From Clostridia bacterium (GTDB taxonomy: Bacteria > Bacillota > Clostridia > UBA1381 > UBA9506), in NCBI GenBank assembly GCA_045652725.1, contig JAZRUU010000136.1, forward strand, positions 1 through 35,131: DNA of 35,131 nucleotides, read 5' to 3'. Below are positions 10,175 through 16,867 of this stretch, in pieces; the stretch's first letter is position 1; every line of letters begins with the position of its first letter. Both the position numbers and the translations under genes were made by a program. Below the pieces are notes generated by a model. The model saw nothing but the letters and a program-made list of their open reading frames with translations. It ran no database searches and was not told the DNA's origin.

Positions 10175-11023
10175 GTGTTTATTCTTGAGAATGAAATGGG
10201 CGCACAGCTGAATCTTTTCAGCAACCCCCTTTTTAATGTTAGCCACATTGACGGCCTCACAACATATGCGGGCGATATTGCCAGCAGCTCAAGCGCTTTT
10301 GCGGATGGCGATGAGGTAACAAACGCAAAAGCGCAGCCCCGCAGCATTCTGATTGATTTAACGATAACGCAGGGCATTGATGTGCAAACCGCTATTGATG
10401 CAATAACGGGCGTTGTAAAGCCCAAAAGGGATATACGCCTCATATGGGAAAAATCAGCGCATGTTAAAAGCATAACGGGCGTTATTGAGGGCATAGATGC
10501 CCCCCGTTTTACCGATAGCGGTGTTATTGTTCAGATCAGCATCCATTGCGGCCGCCCGTGGTGGGAGGATGCGGAGCAGATTGTTACAGAAATAGCCGAG
10601 GCGATAGATTTATTTCACTTTGAATGCGGTTTTGTAATTGATGACTTTGGCGAAGCTGAGGGCTTGCCGCTGGGCGAAATAGATTTAAACCGCACAAAGG
10701 CCTTCAACAATGACGGAATTGTTGAGGTTGGAATGGATATATCCATTGTGGCCGTTGGTACGGTTGTCAATCCTTCGTTGCGCCGTGATAACGGCGATTA
10801 TATCGGCTTTAATGTAACCCTGCAGGCTGGCGATGAAATCAAAATATCAACCCATACAGGCCGCAAATCAATCACAATAAACGGCATTAATGCAATGAGT
10901 AAAATAACGCGCGGCAGCAGCTTGATGCAGCTGGAAGTCGGCGAGCAGCAATTTACAATCGCCGCCGATGAAGGCGCGGCGTTTTGCTATTTTACATTGT
11001 CATACAAAAAAATGTATTTATAA
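10175..11023 (+). CDS. distal tail protein (Dit)
   Basis: 282 aa, GTG start after AAGGGGG, directly after the tape measure gene. Confidence 0.75.
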   Translation: MFILENEMGAQLNLFSNPLFNVSHIDGLTTYAGDIASSSSAFADGDEVTNAKAQPRSILIDLTITQGIDVQTAIDAITGVVKPKRDIRLIWEKSAHVKSITGVIEGIDAPRFTDSGVIVQISIHCGRPWWEDAEQIVTEIAEAIDLFHFECGFVIDDFGEAEGLPLGEIDLNRTKAFNNDGIVEVGMDISIVAVGTVVNPSLRRDNGDYIGFNVTLQAGDEIKISTHTGRKSITINGINAMSKITRGSSLMQLEVGEQQFTIAADEGAAFCYFTLSYKKMYL

Positions 11024-11035
11024 GGGGGCGCGCGA

Positions 11036-12151
11036 ATGATAAACAGATTCAAATATGTTGAGATTCGCAACCCTCAGCTTGAGCTTATCGGCATCATTGA
11101 CGATGCAACGAGCATGATATGGCATTCGGTATATTACGGCTGCGGCGATTTTGAAATTATGGCAACGGCAACCGCAGAGGCAAAGGCGCTGCTTGTTGAT
11201 GGTAATTTTGTGAGCCGCTATGATAGCCCCGATGTCGGCATAATTGAGGGCGTTGAGCCTTCAACGAATGACCGAGGCGAAAAGGCGCTTGTTGCCCGTG
11301 GCCGCTTTGCAAAGGCGGTTGTTGAGCGGCGGCTGATTTATCAGCTTAACGGATCAACAAACACAGCAACCGTTTTTTCGGGCGATGTGCAGGCTGCAGC
11401 TCGCAAGCTTGTGAGCGATAATGCAATAAATTGCAGCTTTGACAGCAGGCGCAACATTCCGATTTTGAAGCTGGGCGCTGTTGATTCATCCATTTCGGCC
11501 GTTGTTGTTGACAGCAACGGCAACCCTGCAAGCAAGCAGGTGAGTTATCAAAATTTGATGAGTTATACCGATGCGCTTTTGCAGGAGCATGAGCTTGCTG
11601 CGCGCGTTACGCTTGCCGATGATGCCAGCGCTTTGCTGTATTCATGTTATAAAGGCGTTGACCGTTCAGCAGATTACATTTTCAGCGCTGAATTTGATAA
11701 CCTGCTGAGCGCAACAAAAAGCGTTGACGATTCACAGCTGCGAACAACGGCATTGATTGGCGGCGAAGGTGAAGGCACGGAGCGCTTTTATTCGCTCATC
11801 GGTGGCGATGTTAGCGGATTGGCGCGCCGCGAGGTTTTTATTGATGATTCGAGCATTTCCCGAACTTATAAAGACGGTGACACAGAAAAGCAATACAGCG
11901 ATTCTGTTTATAAATCAATGCTTGATGCAGATGCGCGGCAGAAAATGGCCGACATGAAAAAAATTGAGGCCTTTGATTGTGCGATTGACCTGAACAGGAG
12001 CGCATTAATTTTCGGCCAGCATTTCAATCTTGGCGATATAGTTACCGTTATGGATAACGAGCTGAATGTTTACGCTGCAATGCGATTTTTGGAAATAACC
12101 GAAATCCGCGATGCTGGCGGATATAACATTGATGCGAAAATGGGAGCGTGA
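11036..12151 (+). CDS. Gp37-like siphovirus tail protein (Tal-position)
   Basis: 371 aa. The N-terminal pattern ...LELIGIIDDATSMIWHSVYYGCGDFEI resembles the ReqiPepy6 Gp37-like family. Confidence 0.6.
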   Translation: MINRFKYVEIRNPQLELIGIIDDATSMIWHSVYYGCGDFEIMATATAEAKALLVDGNFVSRYDSPDVGIIEGVEPSTNDRGEKALVARGRFAKAVVERRLIYQLNGSTNTATVFSGDVQAAARKLVSDNAINCSFDSRRNIPILKLGAVDSSISAVVVDSNGNPASKQVSYQNLMSYTDALLQEHELAARVTLADDASALLYSCYKGVDRSADYIFSAEFDNLLSATKSVDDSQLRTTALIGGEGEGTERFYSLIGGDVSGLARREVFIDDSSISRTYKDGDTEKQYSDSVYKSMLDADARQKMADMKKIEAFDCAIDLNRSALIFGQHFNLGDIVTVMDNELNVYAAMRFLEITEIRDAGGYNIDAKMGA

Positions 12152-12155
12152 AAAT

Positions 12156-12488
12156 ATGGAAGCAGATTCAAGAGAGCTTATTCTGTTTCTTATAACGGCC
12201 TTCCTTGCTGTTCTCACAATTATCAATTTTGTTTCAGGGCAAAAGGATAAAGCGAGCAAAAGCGGCAGAGGCAACGGCGAGGTTATGAGTACATTGATAT
12301 CAATACAGGATAAGCTTGTTGATTTGAAAAGCGATACAAATGACATTAAACACAAGCAAACTGAGCAGGGGCTTGAAATAGCAACCCTGAAAGAAAGCGC
12401 GCGACAGTTTGAACTTTGGAAAAAGCAGGCTGAGGCGCGCATCCATAATCTTGAAATTAATGTATTAGGAGGCGAAAGCAATGAGTGA
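12156..12488 (+). CDS. membrane-anchored coiled-coil protein (N-terminal TM; XhlA-like role possible)
   Basis: ATG at 12156 lies 9 nt after GGGAG. One TM helix (LILFLITAFLAVLTIINFV) is followed by a coiled coil. Confidence 0.5.
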   Translation: MEADSRELILFLITAFLAVLTIINFVSGQKDKASKSGRGNGEVMSTLISIQDKLVDLKSDTNDIKHKQTEQGLEIATLKESARQFELWKKQAEARIHNLEINVLGGESNE

Positions 12489-12840
12489 GCATCTTAATGA
12501 AATCCTCAGCGTAATTATCACGGCTTTTGTTATTCCTCTGATAACTTATATCGCCAAAGTTGCGATTGAGTTGCTGCAGGAAAAAGTTGCAGAGCTGAGA
12601 ATCAAAAAGGCCGTTGAAGCAACACAGGCGGCTGTTGCAGAGGTTAATCAGGTATATGTTGACGAACTCAAAAAAGAGAGCAATTTTAACGCTGAGGAAA
12701 AAGCGGTTGCATTCAATAAAGCATTTGAGCTGAGCAAGCAGCTGATTGGTGCAAAAACTCAGGCGCTTATTGAATCGGCGTTTAACAATTTTGACAGCTG
12801 GCTGCAGGCTCAAATTGAGGCAGCTGTGCGCAACAAGTAA
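12481..12840 (+). CDS. LL-H-family-like holin (N-terminal TM plus long helical tail)
   Basis: 119 aa. TM helix ILSVIITAFVIPLITYIAKVAI, then AVAEVNQVYVDELKK...WLQAQIEAAV, a pattern I associate with the Phage_holin_6_1/LL-H family. Confidence 0.55.
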   Translation: MSEHLNEILSVIITAFVIPLITYIAKVAIELLQEKVAELRIKKAVEATQAAVAEVNQVYVDELKKESNFNAEEKAVAFNKAFELSKQLIGAKTQALIESAFNNFDSWLQAQIEAAVRNK

Positions 12841-12854
12841 CGGAGGGCATTTAT

Positions 12855-14636
12855 ATGGCACAAAAAAGCGGCTTTTTTAATTCGCTGTTATCAGGCGGCA
12901 AATATGACCGCGCGATTGATGCACAGGATTTCAGGCAGCTTATTGCGGCGATTGCAAGCACAGGCGTGCGCCGTTCACTTTTGAACGATTTGAGAGTATC
13001 AGCGGCGGGCGGAATGGCTTTATCTGTTGGCTCAGGCTTTGCAATAATCGAGGGCGCATATTATGTGAACGATGCCGCTTTTGAGGGCTTCACAGTACCG
13101 ACAGCACCAACGGGCGATTATTCCCGAATTGACCGCATCGCGGTGCGCCTTGATGATTCCGTATCTGTGAGAGCTGCGGAGCTTGTTTATTTGCAGGGCG
13201 TTCCCGCTGCCTCACCTGTTGCGCCTGCTCTTAATCGCAGCGGCGGCATTTATGAAATTGCCCTTGCGGATATCCTTGTGCGCCCGATTGCAACGGAAAT
13301 AACACAGGCTGATATTACAGATCAGCGCGAAAATGCTGATGTGTGCGGCTGGATAACCCCGCCTATTGGCTATGAGGATATTATTGCAAAGACCGATAAA
13401 GAGCTTTCGGAATGGTTTGCAGGCGCGCGCGATAAGCTTGCCAGCGTAACGCTTTTCAAGCGTTATATATGGAGCATTGTCTTGCCCGCTGCAGCCTCAA
13501 GCGTTACATTTGACATCCCGCAGTATGAAGCGGGCAGCACATCAATTATTGATGTATTTGTCAACGGCAACATTGAAATTGAGGGCAGCGATTTCACGCT
13601 GAACGGCTCAACAATAATCTTTGCGGGTACAAAAGCAGCAGGCACAGAAATCAATGTTATCTGCTGGAAGAGCATTGACGGCACAGGCCTTGCCTCTGTT
13701 GCCGATGAGATAACCATGCTGCAAAACAAGGTTGCTGTGCTGGAAGGCGCTGCGACATATACATACAAATGCACAGGCGCAGACGATAACAAAAGCCTTT
13801 CACAGATTGCAAAGGCTTTTTATAATGGCTCATATACGGCCGAGGATTTAACCCCCGCCGCAGCTGCTTTCTTGGCATCCATTGGCGGCAATGCAAGGCT
13901 TGCAACATTCGATTCAAGAACGCAGATGCTTGTGCGCGTTGTTGGCTCTTGCGGTGTTTCTGCTCCGTTTTCGGGTAACGGTACAGAATCAAGCCGCTTT
14001 AAGTGGTTTGAGCTGGGGCAGACAAACCGCAGCGACAGAAGATTGATATTTGATTTTGCATATTGCGATCAGATTGAAATCCCGTTAACAGGCTCATCCG
14101 CGCACATTGTATTTTTCGGTACAGACCTTTTTGTTAAAAATGCAAGCGTTAAGGCGGTCGGAACGGCAAGCGCCAGCGAGTGCATTATGGTTGAGGGCGG
14201 TTTGCGTGATGGCAATGTGCATTTTGAAAATTGTCGCCTGCAGGTTGAAACAACGGGCAAAGCGCAGATTGCTGTTAATGGCACATTCCGCGATTGTGAA
14301 TGCTCTGTATTGAGTGTGAACAATCACGCGCTTGCTTTTTCGCCTGAAAGCGTGAGCTTGATAAGGCTTGAGGGCGGCAAGCATTTCGCATATGCCGCAG
14401 CTGGCTCAACATATATATCCGCAGTTGTTTATGTGTATTCAAACAGAACAGAGGGCGCTGTGTTTGCTCAGGGCATAAATTGCCCCACAGCTGCCAAAAG
14501 CGGCTATAAACAGGAATTGCTTGCGGGATGCTTCGCGGGTAAAACTGTTATGATTGGCGCAGTTTCAACGCTGCCCGTTAGCGGCGATTTTGTGACCGAC
14601 AGTAACCGCATTTCATATAACAAATACCGTGAATAA
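12855..14636 (+). CDS. tail fibre / receptor-binding protein
   Basis: 593 aa. The N-terminus (MAQKSGFFNS...RIDRIAVRLD...ITDQRENADVCGW) resembles conserved Firmicutes phage fibre/baseplate N-domains. The C-terminal half is Cys/Gly-rich and beta-helix-like. Confidence 0.65.
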   Translation: MAQKSGFFNSLLSGGKYDRAIDAQDFRQLIAAIASTGVRRSLLNDLRVSAAGGMALSVGSGFAIIEGAYYVNDAAFEGFTVPTAPTGDYSRIDRIAVRLDDSVSVRAAELVYLQGVPAASPVAPALNRSGGIYEIALADILVRPIATEITQADITDQRENADVCGWITPPIGYEDIIAKTDKELSEWFAGARDKLASVTLFKRYIWSIVLPAAASSVTFDIPQYEAGSTSIIDVFVNGNIEIEGSDFTLNGSTIIFAGTKAAGTEINVICWKSIDGTGLASVADEITMLQNKVAVLEGAATYTYKCTGADDNKSLSQIAKAFYNGSYTAEDLTPAAAAFLASIGGNARLATFDSRTQMLVRVVGSCGVSAPFSGNGTESSRFKWFELGQTNRSDRRLIFDFAYCDQIEIPLTGSSAHIVFFGTDLFVKNASVKAVGTASASECIMVEGGLRDGNVHFENCRLQVETTGKAQIAVNGTFRDCECSVLSVNNHALAFSPESVSLIRLEGGKHFAYAAAGSTYISAVVYVYSNRTEGAVFAQGINCPTAAKSGYKQELLAGCFAGKTVMIGAVSTLPVSGDFVTDSNRISYNKYRE

Positions 14637-14656
14637 GCCGAAAGGGGCGATTGTTT

Positions 14657-14815
14657 ATGTATATTATGATGTTTATTTCTCATATCATCAAAACTGTTGA
14701 ATATTTTGCAGTTGCAGGATTTCCCGAAATCCCGCTTGAACAGTTGCCCGCGGCTGTTCAAGCTGTTGTTTTCAATGCGGCGAAATTGGCAAGCATTTAT
14801 TTTGCTATGCTTTAA
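14657..14815 (+). CDS. hypothetical 52-aa protein at the end of the late operon
   Basis: ATG lies 9 nt after AAAGGGG, and the strong terminator follows. It is below the ORF-track size cutoff and I found no recognisable domain. Confidence 0.3.
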   Translation: MYIMMFISHIIKTVEYFAVAGFPEIPLEQLPAAVQAVVFNAAKLASIYFAML

Positions 14816-14834
14816 AAGAATAACAAGAATCAAA

Positions 14835-14868
14835 GGGGCTGTATCTTTTCGGATGCAGCCCCTTTTTG
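14835..14868 (+). terminator. rho-independent terminator of the late operon
   Basis: 11-bp stem GGGGCTGTATC/GATGCAGCCCC (one G-T wobble), 6-nt loop, then a TTTTTGTGCTTTTT run. Confidence 0.85.
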
Positions 14869-14925
14869 TGCTTTTTGTTGCATATTGCACAAAATCACAT
14901 TGTTAAATTTTGCTATTTTGCCAGC

Positions 14926-14954
14926 TTGAAATTATCACCCGCTGGTGATAAAAT
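14926..14954 (+). promoter_or_regulatory. near-consensus sigma-A promoter with overlapping palindromic operator
   Basis: TTGAAA (14926-31), 17-nt spacer, TAAAAT (14949-54). The perfect inverted repeat TTATCACC-cgct-GGTGATAA (14932-14951) covers the spacer and the -10. Confidence 0.7.
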
Positions 14955-15001
14955 GATAAGCGTAGGGAACAACAAAAACCCGAAAGAAAGGAACAAAAAC
15001 A

Positions 15002-15169
15002 ATGGCTTTCAAAGTAGTAAAAATTAACTGTGAAAACGGCAACGAAATTGATTGCGGCAGCTACACAAACGAGGAAGATGTTAAGGCGATAACAAAAGGC
15101 TACAAATTCAACGGCCTTTTTTATACAAGAGAAAACAGCAAATATTTTTTCATAGTAACGGAGGAATAA
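15002..15169 (+). CDS. hypothetical 55-aa protein (cassette gene 1)
   Basis: ATG after GAAAGGAA. Hand-translated as MAFKVVKINCENGNEIDCGSYTNEEDVKAITKGYKFNGLFYTRENSKYFFIVTEE. Confidence 0.55.
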   Translation: MAFKVVKINCENGNEIDCGSYTNEEDVKAITKGYKFNGLFYTRENSKYFFIVTEE

Positions 15170-15174
15170 AAACA

Positions 15175-15336
15175 ATGTACGAAACAGTTAAGATTGTAAA
15201 CGGCTACGAAATCAAAAGAATGAAAGGCACACACGGCGCTTATCATGTAAATGTCAGAGAGGGCAAGGGCTGGCGAGAATTTCACACTTTTAAAACAATC
15301 AAAGCAGCCGCTGCTTTCTGCGAAACACTTAAATAA
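15175..15336 (+). CDS. hypothetical 53-aa protein (cassette gene 2)
   Basis: ATG after ACGGAGGAA. Hand-translated as MYETVKIVNGYEIKRMKGTHGAYHVNVREGKGWREFHTFKTIKAAAAFCETLK. Confidence 0.55.
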   Translation: MYETVKIVNGYEIKRMKGTHGAYHVNVREGKGWREFHTFKTIKAAAAFCETLK

Positions 15337-15340
15337 AAAC

Positions 15341-15369
15341 CAAAGCCGAGGGCGGCGGCATAACCGCCC
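15341..15369 (+). repeat. intercistronic motif copy 1: CAAAGCCGAG + GGGCGG/CCGCCC hairpin
   Basis: Seen directly: stem 15350-55 / 15364-69. Confidence 0.7.
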
Positions 15370-15394
15370 GAATTTTTAAAAAGAGGTTACGGAA

Positions 15395-15556
15395 ATGAAA
15401 GATTTAGTAATAGCAGTATATTACAAGGATTGTTACGCAGGTGAAACAATATTAAGACTTGAAAAGGTGTTTTATGGCGAGGAAATACCCGAAAAATACA
15501 ACACTTATGAATACGAAATTAAACTTATGTCATTAGTCGAATACATAAGCAGATAA
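15395..15556 (+). CDS. hypothetical 53-aa protein (cassette gene 3)
   Basis: ATG after AAGAGG. Hand-translated as MKDLVIAVYYKDCYAGETILRLEKVFYGEEIPEKYNTYEYEIKLMSLVEYISR. Confidence 0.5.
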   Translation: MKDLVIAVYYKDCYAGETILRLEKVFYGEEIPEKYNTYEYEIKLMSLVEYISR

Positions 15557-15565
15557 ACAACAAAA

Positions 15566-15596
15566 CAAAGCCGAGGGCGGCGGCTTAATACCGCCC
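15566..15596 (+). repeat. intercistronic motif copy 2: CAAAGCCGAG + GGGCGG/CCGCCC hairpin
   Basis: Seen directly: stem 15575-80 / 15591-96. Confidence 0.7.
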
Positions 15597-15618
15597 ATCA
15601 ATGAAAGGAGATAGAACA

Positions 15619-15813
15619 ATGGAAAAAACGGCAACATTCACAATCACAAGAGAAGAAAAGACAAACGGCTGGTATTACACATTGCGGTGTAAGGCTTACA
15701 ATCAGTACAACAAGTGCGGCGTATACGAAAAGCATTTTTTTGAAGCCATGGAAGAGTTGACTGATATATTTAACAATGTTATTGGCATTGGCATAGTATT
15801 TGAGATTGGATAA
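15619..15813 (+). CDS. hypothetical 64-aa protein (cassette gene 4)
   Basis: The internal ATG at 15619 lies 8 nt after AAAGGAG and is a better start than 15601. Confidence 0.55.
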   Translation: MEKTATFTITREEKTNGWYYTLRCKAYNQYNKCGVYEKHFFEAMEELTDIFNNVIGIGIVFEIG

Positions 15814-15820
15814 ATAGCAA

Positions 15821-15850
15821 CAAACCGAGCGGGGGCGGTTATTCCCCCGC
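15821..15850 (+). repeat. intercistronic motif copy 3 (diverged): CAAACCGAG + GCGGGGG/CCCCCGC hairpin
   Basis: Seen directly: stem 15829-35 / 15844-50. Confidence 0.65.
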
Positions 15851-15870
15851 AATATGAAAGGAGTTTAACA

Positions 15871-16104
15871 ATGAATAACCCGACAAGAAAACAGCTGCAA
15901 AAAATAATTGATAACCTTGAAGCTTTAAAAACAGAGCTTGAAGAAATCAGCGAAAGCGAGCAGGAAAAGCTTGACAATATCCCCGAAAATCTGCAAAGCT
16001 CGGAAAGATACTACACAGCCGAAACGATATGCGGATATTTAGAGGATGCAATTTGTTCCTTTGATGAACTCATTGATAATATAACGAGTGCGATTGAAGA
16101 ATGA
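15871..16104 (+). CDS. hypothetical acidic 77-aa helical protein (cassette gene 5)
   Basis: ATG after AAAGGAG. Glu-rich coiled-coil-like sequence with an ...EKLDNIPENLQSSE... motif. Confidence 0.6.
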   Translation: MNNPTRKQLQKIIDNLEALKTELEEISESEQEKLDNIPENLQSSERYYTAETICGYLEDAICSFDELIDNITSAIEE

Positions 16105-16117
16105 AAGGAGCAGGAAA

Positions 16118-16414
16118 ATGACAAAAATCCAAAAAGAGGTTATGCGTATCGAAAAGATACAAAATCCCGAACAGACAATTAAAATTGTTGACCATTACAA
16201 CAATGATGTTATCACTATAAAGCGTGGTGATATTAAAAAATTTGGTTATCCCGAATGCTCAAAAAACGCTTATATTGATTTTGTTTTACCTTTTGAAAAC
16301 GGGCAAGAAATTATATATCATACATATTCAAAAAGAAACCGAATTGTAAAAAGTGGTGAATTGCTTATGGGTTTTTGCATTGACAAAGATGTTGAAATAT
16401 ATCCCGTATTATAA
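16118..16414 (+). CDS. hypothetical 98-aa protein (cassette gene 6)
   Basis: ATG at 16118 follows AAAGGAGCAGG. Confidence 0.55.
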   Translation: MTKIQKEVMRIEKIQNPEQTIKIVDHYNNDVITIKRGDIKKFGYPECSKNAYIDFVLPFENGQEIIYHTYSKRNRIVKSGELLMGFCIDKDVEIYPVL

Positions 16415-16434
16415 ACCAAAAAGGAGCTTAAAAC

Positions 16435-16620
16435 ATGGCTTTAACAGATGCGCAGCGCAGAGCAAAGCAAAAATATGCTAAATCAAAAAAGGTTGTGCGG
16501 GTTGAACTCTTCCCGAGTACGGAGGCCGATATTATTGAAAAGCTGGAGCAGATCAAGCAGAACGGCGGCGGGGTTGCAACCTATATCAAGGAGCTTATCA
16601 GGCAGGATATAAAGAAATAA
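16435..16620 (+). CDS. small RHH-type DNA-binding protein (cassette gene 7, candidate autoregulator)
   Basis: 61 aa. A basic N-terminus is followed by a beta-strand (VVRVELF), helix (EADIIEKLEQI) and helix (VATYIKELIRQDI), matching a ribbon-helix-helix pattern. SD AAAGGAGCTTAAAACATG. Confidence 0.55.
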   Translation: MALTDAQRRAKQKYAKSKKVVRVELFPSTEADIIEKLEQIKQNGGGVATYIKELIRQDIKK

Positions 16621-16647
16621 GGCGGGGAATCCCCCGCCTTTTTCTTT
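16621..16647 (+). terminator. rho-independent terminator of the small-gene cassette
   Basis: GGCGGGG-aatc-CCCCGCC followed by TTTTTCTTTT. Confidence 0.85.
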
Positions 16648-16651
16648 TGCT

Positions 16652-16682
16652 CAGCAAGTTGCCAGCAAGTTGCCAGCAAGTT
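16652..16682. repeat. 11-bp tandem repeat CAGCAAGTTGC x2.8
   Basis: Copies at 16652-62 and 16663-73, plus a partial copy at 16674-82. The period equals one helical turn. Confidence 0.8.
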
Positions 16683-16683
16683 A

Positions 16684-16776
16684 AAACGCGCGTTATTATC
16701 ATTGATGCGCGTTAATGGCGATAAAACGCATTTTCGCGCGCTTAATGCGCATTTTTCTCTCATTTATGCGCGTTAA
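16684..16776. promoter_or_regulatory. cluster of ATGCGCGTTAA-type sites (two direct, one inverted) plus AACGCGCGTT palindrome; candidate attP/recombinase or regulator binding region
   Basis: Palindrome at 16684-93. ATGCGCGTTAA at 16705-15 and 16766-76. An inverted copy, TTAATGCGCAT, at 16742-52. The region lies just 3' of the serine recombinase gene. Confidence 0.4.
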
Positions 16777-16867
16777 AGCCGCACCCGTTCAATGCTTCCA
16801 ATTATATCCAACATCGATGTACCAATTCATTGGCACATCAATGATGAAGGTGAAAATTATAAAAATA

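Noticed and set aside
14504-15175. Minus-strand ORFs of 128 and 90 aa spanning the late terminator and the cassette promoter
   Set aside because: They run through a strong + strand terminator and promoter and through the first small + gene. Their Phe/Cys-rich composition is shadow-like.
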